Counted from the first letter of the stretch, positions 10,949 through 22,593 are shown. The stretch: DNA of 64,000 bases from an uncultured Candidatus Rokubacteria bacterium (GCA_963747235.1 CAVVEU010000024.1:704001-768000); one strand, 5' to 3'. Numbers and translations are program-made. Notes: a model not told the origin generated them from the sequence alone.

Positions 10949-12772
10949 ATGTCCCTCCTCTTCGTCCAGCTCCTGAGCGGGCTCGCCAACGCGATGTTCC
11001 TCTTCCTCATCGCGTCCGGGCTCTCGCTGATCTTCGGCGTCACCCGCATCGTCAACTTCGCCCACGGCTCCTTCTACATGCTCGCCGCCTACCTGACCTA
11101 CTCGCTGGCCGCGGCGCTGCCCGGCGGGCCGGTGGCCTTCTACGCGGCGGTGCTGCTCGCGGCGGTCGCTGGTGGCGGTGCTGGGCGGCCTGGTCGAGGT
11201 CCTGCTGCTCCGGCGCGTCTACAAGGCGCCCGAGCTCTACCAGCTCCTCCTCACCTTCGCCCTGGTGCTGGTCACCGCCGACGCGGTCCGCTATCTCTGG
11301 GGCGCCGACAACAAGACCGGCCCGAACGCGCCGGGCCTGGCCGGCTCGGTGCCGATCGCGGGCCAGCTCTTTCCCTCCTACGACCTCGCGGTCATCGCCT
11401 TCGGCCCGCTCGTGGCGCTCGGGCTCTGGCTGCTCTTCCATCGCACGCGCTGGGGCATCCTGATCCGCGCCGCCACCCAGGACCGCGAGATGGTCGCCGC
11501 GCTGGGAGTCGACCAGTCGCGGCTCTTCACCTCCGTGTTCGTGCTGGGCTCCTTCCTGGCCGGCCTGGGCGGCGCGCTCCAGGTGCCGCGGCTGGCGCTC
11601 ACCACCGTGATGGACACCTCCATCATCGTGGAGGCGTTCGTGGTGGTGGTGATCGGGGGCATGGGCTCGGTCTGGGGCGCGCTGCTCGCCTCGCTCCTCA
11701 TCGGCGTGCTCAACGCCTACGGCGTGCTGCTCCTGCCGAAGGCCGCCATCGTGCTCATCTTCGTGGTGATGGCGGTGGTGCTGGTGGTGCGGCCGTGGGG
11801 CCTGCTGGGACGGCCCGAGATCCAGCTCCGCCCGCCGGGCAGCGGCGGGGTGGCCGAGGCGCAGCCCCGGCGGTTCGGCCCGATCTGGCTCGGCGTCGGG
11901 TTGCTCGCGCTGGCCGGTCTGCCCCTGGTGCTGCCGACCTTCTGGATCTCGATCGCGGTCGAGATCTTCGCCTTCGCCCTTTTCGCGGCCAGCCTGCATC
12001 TGCTGATGTCGGTGGGCGGGATGGTATCGTTCGGCCACGCGGCCTACTTCGGCCTGGGCGCGTACGGCGCCGCGGTGCTCCTGAAGCTGGCCGGGCTGCC
12101 CATGCCCGCCGCGTTCGTGCTCGCCCCGGTGGTGGCCGGGCTGGCCGCCTGCGTGTTCGGCTACTTCTGCGTGCGGCTCACCAGCATCTACTTCGCGATG
12201 CTGACGCTCGCGTTCGCGCAGATCGTCTACGCGGTCGTGCACCAGTGGGACGACGTCACCGGGGGCGACAACGGCATGCTGAGCGTGTGGCCCGCGCGGT
12301 GGCTGGGCACGCCGAGCCGTTACTACTACTGGGCGCTCGCCGCCACCCTGGTGGGCCTGCTCCTGCTGAAGGTGGTCACCGCCTCGCCCTTCGGGCTCAC
12401 GCTGCGCGCGGTGCGCGACCACGCGCGCCGCGCGGAGGCGGTGGGCGTGAACATCCGCGCGCTGCAGTGGACCGCGTTCGTGGTGGCCGGCTTCGTGGCG
12501 GGCCTCGGCGGCGCCATCTACGCCTTCCTCAAGGGCAGCGTGTTCCCGGTCTACACCGAGTCGCCGATGTCGGTGCAGCCGCTGGTGATGGTGCTGCTGG
12601 GCGGGGTGGGCTCGCCGGCCGGGCCGCTCATCGGCGCCGCGGTCTACAAGCTGCTCGATACCGTGATCACGCGCTACACCGACTACTGGCAGATCGTGCT
12701 GGGCGCGATTCTCCTGGTGCTGGTGCTGGCCTTCCCGCGCGGCATCGCGGGCATGCTCGACGGGCGGCGCTC

Positions 12773-12776
<4 letters not shown>
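10949..12776 (+). CDS. Fused LivH/LivM-type ABC permease (frameshift near 11165)
   Basis: MSLLFVQLLSGLANAMFLFLIASGLSLIFGVTRIVNFAHG (LivH-like); second half has SFGHAAYFGLGAY and YFAMLTLAFAQ (LivM-like) in one frame. Confidence 0.85.
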
Positions 12777-13533
<757 letters not shown>

Positions 13534-13537
<4 letters not shown>

Positions 13538-14232
13538 AGGACTCCCTCGAGCTGGAGGCGGTCCAGGCCGGCTACGGCCTCTCGCGCGTGCTCCACGGCG
13601 TGACGCTCTCGGCGCGCGCGGGCGAGGTGGTCTCCCTGCTGGGGCGGAACGGCGCGGGCAAGTCCACCACGCTCAAGGCCATCGTGAGCCTGGTCGAGGT
13701 GACGGGCGGCGCCATCCGCTTCGACGGGCGCGAGATCACGCGGCGGCCGACCCACGAGATCAGCCGCGTCGGGGTCGGGTACGTGCCGGAGGACCGCCGC
13801 ATCTTCGCCGATCTCACCGTCGAGGAGAACCTGACGGTGGGCGCCAAGGGCGGCGGCGTCTGGAGCGAGGCGCGGGTCTACCAGTTCTTTCCCAAGCTCC
13901 TGGAGCTGGCCGGCCGCCGGGCCGGGAGCCTCTCGGGCGGCGAGCAGCAGATGCTGACGGTGGCGCGCACCCTGATGGGCAACCCCCGCGTGCTGCTGCT
14001 GGACGAGCCGTCGGAAGGCCTGGCCCCCGTGATCGTGCGGGTCCTGGGCGACCAGATCGCCGCGCTCAAGCGGGAGGGCTTGACGATCCTGCTCTCCGAG
14101 CAGAATCTCAAGTTCGCGGCGCGGCTCGCCGACCGCGCCTACATCATCGAGAAGGGGGAGATCCGCTTCGACGGGCCCATGGCCCAGCTCATGGCCGACG
14201 AGGCGCTGCGGCGGAAGTATCTGACGGTATGA
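13534..14232 (+). CDS. ABC ATP-binding protein, LivF-like
   Basis: GRNGAGKST, LSGGEQQM, LLDEPSEGLAP. Confidence 0.9.
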
Positions 14233-14250
14233 GTTGGCGCGGGGAGCGGA

Positions 14251-14290
14251 ACCACCCCTCACCCTGCCCTCTCCCCTGAGGGGAGAGGGT
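14251..14290. repeat. REP-like palindromic repeat, family 1
   Basis: accacccctcaccctgccctctcccctgaggggagagggt; near-exact reverse complement of 17093-17127. Confidence 0.8.
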
Positions 14291-14311
14291 CATAGGTGTC
14301 CAGGAGGAGTC

Positions 14312-15511
14312 ATTGAGACGCTGATCAGGAACATCGGGCAGATCGTGTCGGGGGACATCGCGAAGCCCCTGCTCGACGGCGACTCGATCGCGATCGCGGA
14401 CGGCAAGATCGTGGCGGTCGGCCGGGGCCTCGACGACGACGCCGACACCGTCATCGACGCCCGGGGCAGCACGGTGGTCCCGGGCCTCATCGACTCGCAC
14501 TGCCATCCCGTGTTCGGCGACTTCACCCCGCGCCAGCGGACCATCGACTTCATCGACTCGGGTCTCCACGGCGGCATCACCACCATGATCTCGGCCGGCG
14601 AGGTGCACCTGCCCGGGCGCCCCAAGGACATCGTGGGGCTGAAGGCGCTGGCCATCGTGGCCGCCAAGTCCTACGCCAACGCGCGGCCGGCCGGCGTGAA
14701 GATGCACGCGGGCGCGCCGATCCTGGAGCTGGGCATGGTGGAGGAGGATTTCGTGGAGATGGCGAAGGCCGGCGTCAAGCTGGTGGGCGAGATCGGGCTC
14801 GGCTCGGTCAAGACCGGCAAGGACGCGGCGCCGATGGTCCGGTGGGCGAAGAAGCACGGCATGACCGTGACCATCCACACCGGCGGGCCGTCCATCGCGG
14901 GCTCCAACGCGATCAGCGGGGAGGTCGTGCTGGAGGCCGACCCCGACGTGGTCGGCCACATCAACGGCGGGACCACCGCGATGAGCGAGCGCGAGATCGA
15001 CGCGCTGGTGGCCACCCGGATGGCGCTCGAGATCGTCCACTGCGGCAACGGCAAGGCGGCGCTCCACGCCCTGCGCCGCGCCCAGGAGGCGAAGGCGACC
15101 GAGCGCATCATCATCGGCCTCGACGCGCCCTCCGGCACCGGGGTGGTGCCGCTCGGCATCCTGCGCGTGCTCGCCCACCTGGTTTCCCTCGGCGGCGTCG
15201 CCCCCGAGGAGGCGGTGTGCATGGCCACCGGCAACACCGCACGGGTCTACAAGCTGCCGGTGGGCGTGATCGCGCCGGGACGGGAAGCCGACGTCTGCAT
15301 CGTGGACGCGCCGATCGGCTCGCAGGGGCGGACCGCGCTGGAGGCGCTGCGGGTCGGCGATCTCTTCGGCGTCTCCATGATTCTCATCGACGGGCAGATC
15401 AAGATCGGGCGGAGCCGGAACACCCCGCCCGCCACGCGCGCGGCGGAGGTCGTGAAGGGCCAGGGCCCCGGCCGCGGGAGGGCACTGATGCCGCAGGAGG
15501 CCACGAGATGA
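14312..15511 (+). CDS. Amidohydrolase, enamidase-like
   Basis: PGLIDSHCH metal motif; NIGQIVSGDI, PRQRTIDFI, PGRPKD, ARPAGVK, DAAPMVRWA, HINGG, DAPSGTG and SRNTPPA match my recollection of the nicotinate-pathway enamidase of Eubacterium barkeri. AGGAGG RBS precedes ATT at 14312. Confidence 0.8.
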   Translation: METLIRNIGQIVSGDIAKPLLDGDSIAIADGKIVAVGRGLDDDADTVIDARGSTVVPGLIDSHCHPVFGDFTPRQRTIDFIDSGLHGGITTMISAGEVHLPGRPKDIVGLKALAIVAAKSYANARPAGVKMHAGAPILELGMVEEDFVEMAKAGVKLVGEIGLGSVKTGKDAAPMVRWAKKHGMTVTIHTGGPSIAGSNAISGEVVLEADPDVVGHINGGTTAMSEREIDALVATRMALEIVHCGNGKAALHALRRAQEAKATERIIIGLDAPSGTGVVPLGILRVLAHLVSLGGVAPEEAVCMATGNTARVYKLPVGVIAPGREADVCIVDAPIGSQGRTALEALRVGDLFGVSMILIDGQIKIGRSRNTPPATRAAEVVKGQGPGRGRALMPQEATR

Positions 15512-16077
15512 AAATTCGCAAGCTGCTCACGGTGGTGGAGGAGATCCACGAGGACGGCGGCCGGCGCGTCGAGAAGCCGATCAGGAAGGTGGCCGCGATC
15601 GCGGTGATCGCGAATCCGTTCGCGGGCCGCTACGCGGAGGACCTTCAAGAATTGGTCAAGACCGGCGAGGAGCTGGGCGACCTGCTCGGTCGCCGCGCGG
15701 TGATGGCGCTGGGCGGGCCGGTGCACTCCTATGGCAAGGCGGCCATCGTGGGGACGGACGGCGAGTACGAGCACGCGGCGGCCATCCTGCATCCCACGCT
15801 CGGCACCCCGTTCCGCGCGCTCGTGCACGGCGGGAAGGCGATCATCCCGTCCGCCAAGAAGCTGGGCGGCCCCGGGGCCACCATCGACGTCCCGCTCCAC
15901 TACAAGGACGCGGCGTTCGTGCGCACCCACTTCGACGCGATGGAGGTGCGCGTCAACGACGCCCCTCGCGCCAACGAGATCCTGGTGGCCCTCGTCGTCA
16001 CCGACGGCGGGCGCCCGCACCCCCGCGTCGGCGGTCTCACCGTCGCCGAAGCGAAGAAAGAGGACGGACTGCGATGA
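15508..16077 (+). CDS. Amino acid synthesis family protein (DUF1185-like)
   Basis: MKIRKLLTVVEE...AVIANPFAGRY...YGKAAIVG.DGEYEHAAA...IDVPLHYKDA.FVRTHFD...DAPRANEI...GGRPHPRVG. Confidence 0.85.
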   Translation: MKIRKLLTVVEEIHEDGGRRVEKPIRKVAAIAVIANPFAGRYAEDLQELVKTGEELGDLLGRRAVMALGGPVHSYGKAAIVGTDGEYEHAAAILHPTLGTPFRALVHGGKAIIPSAKKLGGPGATIDVPLHYKDAAFVRTHFDAMEVRVNDAPRANEILVALVVTDGGRPHPRVGGLTVAEAKKEDGLR

Positions 16078-16097
16078 GCCCCCAAGGGGTCAATCAG

Positions 16098-17084
16098 ATG
16101 AAATTCGGCCTGCGCCTCCCGAGCTTCGCGCTCGGACCCAGGACCGCCTCGCTCGCCGAGATGGGCGCCTACCTGCGGCGCGCGGAGGACCTGGGCTTCG
16201 ACTGCGCGGTGTCCATCGACCACCTCCTGCTCACCCCGCCCGCCTACGCCTGCACCTGGCTCGAGCCGGTGGCGCTGCTCTCGGCCCTGGCCGGCGTGAC
16301 CCGCACGATCAAGCTCGGCACCATGGTGCTGGTCCTCCCGCTCCGCAACCCGGCCTACTTCGCCAAGGAGTGGGCCACGCTCGACCTGCTTTCGGGTGGG
16401 CGCAGCATCCTGGGCGCGGGAGTCGGCTGGCACGAGGAAGAGTTCGCGCTCATGGGCGTGCCGCACAAGGAGCGCGGGCGGCGGATGGACGAGATGCTGG
16501 AGGCGGTGACCGCGCTCTGGGCGGGCGACAATGTCACCTACGAGGGCAAGTACTACAAGTTTCGCAACCTCACGATCGATCCCAAGCCCGCGCAGAAGCC
16601 GCACCCGCCCATCTGGATCGGCGGCGGCAGCCAGCCCTTCGAGAAGGTGTACGGCCAGACCGTCACCAATATCGACCCGGTGCTGCGGCGCATCGCCAAG
16701 TACGCGAAGACCTGGGTCCCGCACTCCTCCGCCACCGCCGACATGGTCAAGGGCGACTGGGAGAAGATCCAGCGCTTCATGGGCGAGTTCGGCCGCAAGC
16801 CCGGCGACATGAACAAGGTCTACTCCAACTTCGTGTGGGTGTTGAAGAAGGGCGAGAAGCCGGAGAGCGCGATCCCGCACTTCAAGACCTACTCCGGCAT
16901 GGATCTCCCCTATTGGCGGGAGTTCTATCTTCTGGGGGAGGCGGAGGAGCTGGCCGAGAAGATCCGGGCCAAGGTCGCCAACCTCGGCGGCTGCGAGTAC
17001 ATCGTGCTGAACCCGCTCACCTGGGGGATCGACCAGCTCGAGCTGCTGGCCAACGAGGTGCTACCCCGCGTGGCGAGGCCATGA
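16098..17084 (+). CDS. LLM-class (luciferase-like) flavin-dependent oxidoreductase
   Basis: AEDLGFD..SIDH, TIKLGTMVLVLPLRNP, LDLLSGGR, GVGW, PPIWIGG. Confidence 0.88.
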   Translation: MKFGLRLPSFALGPRTASLAEMGAYLRRAEDLGFDCAVSIDHLLLTPPAYACTWLEPVALLSALAGVTRTIKLGTMVLVLPLRNPAYFAKEWATLDLLSGGRSILGAGVGWHEEEFALMGVPHKERGRRMDEMLEAVTALWAGDNVTYEGKYYKFRNLTIDPKPAQKPHPPIWIGGGSQPFEKVYGQTVTNIDPVLRRIAKYAKTWVPHSSATADMVKGDWEKIQRFMGEFGRKPGDMNKVYSNFVWVLKKGEKPESAIPHFKTYSGMDLPYWREFYLLGEAEELAEKIRAKVANLGGCEYIVLNPLTWGIDQLELLANEVLPRVARP

Positions 17085-19483
17085 ACCGGATTACCCTCTC
17101 CCCTCGGGGAGAGGGCAGGGTGAGGGGCTGAGCTCCTGTCCTCGCCTCCGCCGCGCTATCTGGGCGCGCACGTCAAGCGGGTGGAGGATCCCCGCCTGCT
17201 GGCGGGGCGGGGCCGCTTCCTCGACGACATCTCGCTGCCCGGGCTGCTGCACGCCGCCTTCGTGCGGAGCGCAGCACGCCCACGCCACGCTGCGCGTCGG
17301 TGGACACCGCCGCCGCCCGCTCGGTCGCCGGGGTGGCGCTGGCGCTGACCGGCCGCGACCTCGACGGGGTGGTCGCCCCGCTCGCGCCGCGTCTCGAGGC
17401 GCCCGGCTTCGCCGCGACCGCCTGGCCCGCGCTGCCGACCGCTCGCGTGCGCTTCGTCGGCGAGCCGGTGGCGGTGGTCGCCGCCACCACGCCCTACGCC
17501 GCGGTGGACGGCTGCGGGCTCGTCCAGGTCGAGTACGATCCGCTGCCCGCGGTGCCCGACGTGGCCACCGCGCTCGATCCCCGCGCGCCGCGCCTGCACC
17601 CCGAGCACGGCTCCAACGTGCTCTTCGAGCGCCGCGGCGGGCAGGGCGACGTGGACGGGGCGTTCGCGGCCGCCGCCGTCGTGATCCGCGAGACCTTCAC
17701 CCACGCGCGCTGCTCGGCCTCGCCGCTCGAGGGCCGCGGGGTGATCGCGCGCTGGGAGGGCGACGCGCTCACGCTCTGGACGGGCAGCCAGGTGCCGCAC
17801 GTCTTCCGGACCGGCGTCGCCCGCGCCTTCGGCCTGCCCGAGGCGCGCGTGCGCGTGATCGTGCCCGATACCGGCGGCGGCTTCGGCCAGAAGATGCACG
17901 TGATGCCCGAGGACCTGGCGGTGGCGGCGCTGGCCCGCCGCGCCGGGCGCCCGGTGAAGTGGATCGAGACCCGGCGCGAGAACCTGGCCGCGGCGGCCCA
18001 CGCCCGCGAGGCGCGCGTGGAGATCGAGGCGGCCGCCGACGCGGCCGGGGTGCTGCTGGCGCTGCGCGCGCGCCTCTGGTCGGACGCCGGCGCGTATCAC
18101 ATCTACCCGCTCACCGCCGCGCTCGAGCCGCTGGGCACCGCGTCGATCCTGCCCGGGCCGTATCGCACGCCCGCCTACGCCTTCCATCTCACCGCGCTCG
18201 CCACCACCAAGCCGCCGCTCGGCGCCTATCGCGGGGTGGGGATGACGATGGGCGCCTTCGTGATGGAGCGCACGCTGGACCTGCTCGCCGACCGGCTCGG
18301 CCTCGACCCGGCCGAGATCCGCCGCCGCAACCTGATCCCTCGCGACGCCTACCCCTTCACCTCGGCCACCGGGTTCGTCTACGATAGCGGCGATTATCCG
18401 AAGGCGCTCGAGGCGGCGCTCACGCTGGCCGGGTACGACCGGCTCACGCGCGAGCGCGAGGACGGGCGGGCGCGGGGCCGGCTGCTGGGCGTCGGCCTGG
18501 CCTGCTACACCGAGTACACGGGCATCGGCTCCGAGACGTATCGCCGGCGCGGCATGACCGACGTGCCGGGGCACGAGGCCGCGAGGGTCGAGATGGCGGC
18601 GGATGGCCGCGTCACCTGCTACGTGTCGTTTCCCTCCCAGGGCCAGGGACACGCCACCACCACCGCGCAGCTCGTCGCCGATCAGCTCGGCGTGGCGCTC
18701 GAGGCGGTCACGGTGCGGCAGCCCGACACCGAGACCGCGCCGGGCGGCACCGGCACCTTCGCGAGCCGCGGCGCCATCGCCCAGAGCGGCGCGGCCGACG
18801 CGGCGGCGGGCACGGTGCGGCGCAAGCTGCTGGCGATCGCGGGCGCGCTGCTCGAGGCGAGCCCCGCGGACCTGCTGCTGCGCGACGGGCGCGTGAGCGT
18901 GCGGGGCATGCCCGATCGCGGTGTGTCGGTGGCCGAGGTCGCGCGCCTGGCCTGCGCGCCGCCGCCGGGCGGCCTGCCCGCGGGCATGGAGCCGGGGCTC
19001 GAGGCGACCCAGTCCTTCGATCCGCCGGGGCCGACCTTCTCGGGCGCGGTGCACGTGGCCGGCGTGGAGGTGGATCCCGACACCGGGCGCGTCACGGTGC
19101 GGGAGTACACGGTCGTCGAGGACTGTGGGCCCGTGATCAACCCGATGATCGTCGAGGGGCAGATTCACGGGGCGGTGGCCCAGGGCATCGGCGAGGCGCT
19201 GGGCGAGCGCCTCGTGTACGACGAGAGCGGGCAGCTCGCGACCGGCACCCTGATGGACTATGCGCTGCCGACCGCGGGCGCGCTGCCGTTCTTCGCCATC
19301 GGCCACCTCGAGACGCCGTCGCCGCTGACGCCCGGCGGCTACAAGGGCATGGGCGAGGGCGGCACGATCGGCGCGCCCGCCGCCATCGCCAACGCGGTGG
19401 CCGACGCGATGAAGCCGCTCGGCGTGGCGATCACCGCGCTGCCGATCCTGCCCGCCGTCCTCCGGGGCGAGCGTGGACGCTAG
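17081..19483 (+). CDS. Xanthine dehydrogenase family molybdopterin-binding large subunit (CoxL/CutL-like); 5' end frameshifted, start uncertain
   Basis: YLGAHVKRVEDPRLLAGRGRFLDDI in frame from about 17136; GGGFGQK, AYRGVG, QGQGHAT, GTFASR, INPMIVEGQIHG and KGMGEGG in ORF 17300-19483. Confidence 0.88.
17093..17127. repeat. REP-like palindromic repeat, family 1 (opposite orientation)
   Basis: accctctcccctcggggagagggcagggtgagggg. Confidence 0.8.
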
Positions 19484-19552
19484 AAGGCGGCGGCAGCTCT
19501 ACCATCTGAATCCGGAGGCGGGCCTGGTCCCGGCCTCCGAAGGGGAGAAGAC

Positions 19553-20332
19553 ATGACGATCCTGGGACGGGCGGCGATCGCGCTGGCGTTGTGGGCGGCA
19601 ATCACGAGCGTGGGGGGCGGCCCGGCGGGCGCCGACGAGCTGAAGGTCTTCAGCGCGGGCGCGGTGCGGGCCATCGTCACCGAGCTGGCGCAGGCCTTCC
19701 AGCAGGAGACGGGGCACACCGTGACGCTCTCGTTCGGCACGGTCGGCGTCACGCGCGGCAAGCTGGCCTCCGCCGAGCCGGTGGACGTGGTCATCATGAC
19801 CGACGCGGCCATCGACGACGTGGCCAAGCAGGGCGCGGTGGTGGCGGGCAGTCGCGCCGACCTCGCGCGGACGGGCATGGGGCTCGGCGTGCGAGAGGGC
19901 GCGCCGAAACCCGACATCGCCACGTCGGAGGCGTTCAAGCAGACGCTGCTCTCCGCGAAGTCCATCGTCTACGTGGATCCCAAGCAGGGCGCCACCAGCG
20001 GCATCCACTTCGCGAGCGTGCTGGACCGGCTCGGCATCGCGGACGCGGTGAAGGGCAAGAGCCAGCTCGTGCCGGGCGGCTATCCCGCCGAGAAGGTCGC
20101 GACCGGCGAGGCCGAGGTGGTGGTGCACCAGATCAGCGAGATCGTGCCGGTGAAGGGCGTGGTGCTGGTGGGCCCGCTGCCGCCGGATCTCCAGAAGGTG
20201 ACCGTCTACTCGGCGGGCCTCGCCACGCGCAGCGCCTCGCCGGAGACCGCGCGGGCCTTCATCGCGTTCCTGACCCGGCCTGCCTTCAAGGCCAAGTTTG
20301 CCGCCGCGGGGCTTGACTACAAGCAGCCCTGA
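19553..20332 (+). CDS. ModA-like substrate-binding protein
   Basis: Signal peptide, LKVFSAGAV, GATSGIHF, VHQISEIVPVKGVVLVGPLP motifs. Confidence 0.8.
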   Translation: MTILGRAAIALALWAAITSVGGGPAGADELKVFSAGAVRAIVTELAQAFQQETGHTVTLSFGTVGVTRGKLASAEPVDVVIMTDAAIDDVAKQGAVVAGSRADLARTGMGLGVREGAPKPDIATSEAFKQTLLSAKSIVYVDPKQGATSGIHFASVLDRLGIADAVKGKSQLVPGGYPAEKVATGEAEVVVHQISEIVPVKGVVLVGPLPPDLQKVTVYSAGLATRSASPETARAFIAFLTRPAFKAKFAAAGLDYKQP

Positions 20333-20335
20333 GCT

Positions 20336-20668
20336 TCAAGGCTTCCGGCCGGTTGCATCGAGCACCTCCAGGCTGCGAACGCGCAGGGTGCCGACCTCGA
20401 GCTCGGCGATCTTCAGGGACCTGATCTCCGACCGGCCGACCGTCAGCCTGTGGATGGCAAGGCGTCCGATGGCGAGAGCACCGATCGCCAGCGCACCGAA
20501 TGCCAGGCTTCCGAGTGCCAGTGCGCCCGCAGCCCTCGCGCCGACCGGTCGAGACCTTACCGCCGGAGCGACCATGCCGGCCTCGGCCTGCATACGGCCA
20601 GCGTGTGACTCGTCCAGCTTCAACTCGCGCGATTCCATCACCGAGCCCTCCTCGAGGGTCTTTGACAT
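20336..20668 (-). CDS. Hypothetical protein with five-residue periodic repeats
   Basis: GALAL/GSLAF/GALAI/GALAI/GRLAI/HRLTV/GRSEI/RSLKI/AELEV/GTLRV; AGAGG upstream of ATG 20668. Confidence 0.65.
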   Translation of the reverse strand: MSKTLEEGSVMESRELKLDESHAGRMQAEAGMVAPAVRSRPVGARAAGALALGSLAFGALAIGALAIGRLAIHRLTVGRSEIRSLKIAELEVGTLRVRSLEVLDATGRKP

Positions 20669-20820
20669 GACCTCTCTGTCTACCTGGGCTTCCGCATCCA
20701 ACCCCGGGCATCTTGCAGTGAATACCACCCGTCGGCAATCGGTGCCGTTCAGCCATCCGGGACTTCACGACCGCCGTTAGCCGCCGGGTGTAGGACGTGA
20801 TTCAGTAGTAGGCTGCGGGC

Positions 20821-22008
20821 GTGGACTTCAAGCTATCCGCCACGGAGGTGGTCTTCCGGGACGCGCTGCGCGCCTGGCTCGCGGAGCACTGCCCGACGGA
20901 CTGGGAGAGGAGCCGGCAGGCGCTGAGCCGCGAGACCCGGGCGGAGGCCCTCATCGGCTGGCAGCGACAGCTCTACGCGGCTGGCTACGTGGGACTGCAC
21001 TGGTCGGTGGCCTACGGCGGCCGCGGGGGCAGCGTGATGGAGCAGGCCATCTTCTACGAGGAGATGGCCCGGGCGCGCGCTCCCGAGCTCGCCAACGCGA
21101 TCGGCCTCGACATGGCCGGCCCCGCCATCATGGTCCACGGCACGGAGGACCAGAAGCACCTCCACTTGCCGCGCATCCTGGCCGCCGAGCACATCTTCTG
21201 TCAGGGGTTCTCCGAGCCCGGCGCGGGAAGCGACCTGGCCTCGCTCGGAACGCGAGCCGAGCGCAGACCGGGCACCTACGTGCTCACCGGGCAGAAGGTG
21301 TGGACCTCCTTTGCGCACTACGCGAACTGGTGCACGGTCCTGGCGCGCACCGATCCGGCCGCCCCGCGGCACCGGGGACTGACTTACTTCCTGGTGGACA
21401 TGACGAGCCCCGGCTTCACGGTGCGCCCGCTGCGCCAGATGAGCGGCGACAGCGAGTTCAGCGAGATCTACCTGGACGGCGTCGAGGTGCCGGAGGGCAA
21501 CGTGCTGGGCCGCGAGCACGGCGGCTGGGAGGTGGCGATCACGACCCTCATGTTCGAGCGCGGGCCTCGGACGCTCACGCGTCAGCTCATTCTTCGCCAG
21601 GGCCTGGCAGAGCTGCTCGATCTCGCCCGGAAGCCCACCCGCGCGGGTCCGCCCGCCGCCCGGGATCCGCTTGTACGGCAGCGGCTGGCCCAGCTCTACA
21701 TCGACACGGAGACGCTGCGATACGCGAACCTGCGGGTCCTCACCCAGCTCGTGAAGGGGGAGCCGGCGGGACCGGCGGGCTCGGCCTCGAAGCTGTTCTT
21801 CAGCGAGACCTGGCAGAAGGTCGCCGAGCTGGGGCTCGAGTTGCAGGGTGCCTATGCCACGCTCTGGGCGGGCAGCGAGTGGGCGGTGGACGACGGGCGC
21901 TGGCAGTACCGCGCCCTCCGCTCCCGCGGGAACACGATCCAGGGCGGGACGTCGGAGATCATGCGCAATATCCTCGCCGAACGCGTCCTCGGGCTGCCCA
22001 AGGACTAG
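20821..22008 (+). CDS. Acyl-CoA dehydrogenase family protein
   Basis: CQGFSEPGAGSDLASL, GQKVWTS, TIQGGTSEIMRNILAERVLGLPK. Confidence 0.92.
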   Translation: MDFKLSATEVVFRDALRAWLAEHCPTDWERSRQALSRETRAEALIGWQRQLYAAGYVGLHWSVAYGGRGGSVMEQAIFYEEMARARAPELANAIGLDMAGPAIMVHGTEDQKHLHLPRILAAEHIFCQGFSEPGAGSDLASLGTRAERRPGTYVLTGQKVWTSFAHYANWCTVLARTDPAAPRHRGLTYFLVDMTSPGFTVRPLRQMSGDSEFSEIYLDGVEVPEGNVLGREHGGWEVAITTLMFERGPRTLTRQLILRQGLAELLDLARKPTRAGPPAARDPLVRQRLAQLYIDTETLRYANLRVLTQLVKGEPAGPAGSASKLFFSETWQKVAELGLELQGAYATLWAGSEWAVDDGRWQYRALRSRGNTIQGGTSEIMRNILAERVLGLPKD

Positions 22009-22040
22009 GTCGCGCACTATTTCTGACTGGAGGGACTACC

Positions 22041-22559
22041 ATGGCCTTCAAGCATCTGCTCGTACCGACGGACTTTTCCGAGCCCGCGAACAGCGCGTTG
22101 CGCTACGCGATCGAGGAAGCGACACTCCACCATGCCACGGTGACGTTGCTCCACGTGCTCCCGACGGACACGCGGACGGACGTCCACTATGTCACCGGGG
22201 CGCCGGTTCCGGGGCCACAGGGCGACTTCGATCCGGTAGCCGGGGGTCGGGTCGGTGGCTCGCCTCTTCTGTCGCAACCGGAGGTTGTACGCCGTGACCT
22301 TGGCGAGGAAGCGCTGACACAGCTCCGCGACCTCATTGCGAATGCCTTCCAGGGCCAATGGGAAGTCGAGGTCGCCATGGGGCACCCGGCGGAGACCATC
22401 GTCCGCGTCGCCCAGGAGCGTAGCGCGGATCTCATTGTCATGAGCACGCATGGCCGCACCGGTCTTCAGCATGTGCTCTTGGGCAGTGTGGCCGAGAAAG
22501 TGGTGCGGCTGGCTCCGTGCCCGGTACTGACGGTCAAGCACCAGACAGCGCCAGCCTAG
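22041..22559 (+). CDS. Universal stress protein
   Basis: FKHLLVPTDFS and DLIVMSTHGRTGLQHVLLGSVAEKVVRLAPCPVLTV; GGAGG RBS. Confidence 0.92.
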   Translation: MAFKHLLVPTDFSEPANSALRYAIEEATLHHATVTLLHVLPTDTRTDVHYVTGAPVPGPQGDFDPVAGGRVGGSPLLSQPEVVRRDLGEEALTQLRDLIANAFQGQWEVEVAMGHPAETIVRVAQERSADLIVMSTHGRTGLQHVLLGSVAEKVVRLAPCPVLTVKHQTAPA

Positions 22560-22593
22560 GATACGCTCGTCGACGGGATCCTGGAGGCCGGGC

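Noticed and set aside
17300-19483. Aerobic CO dehydrogenase
   Set aside because: Lacks the AYRCSFR motif and adjacent coxS/coxM genes.
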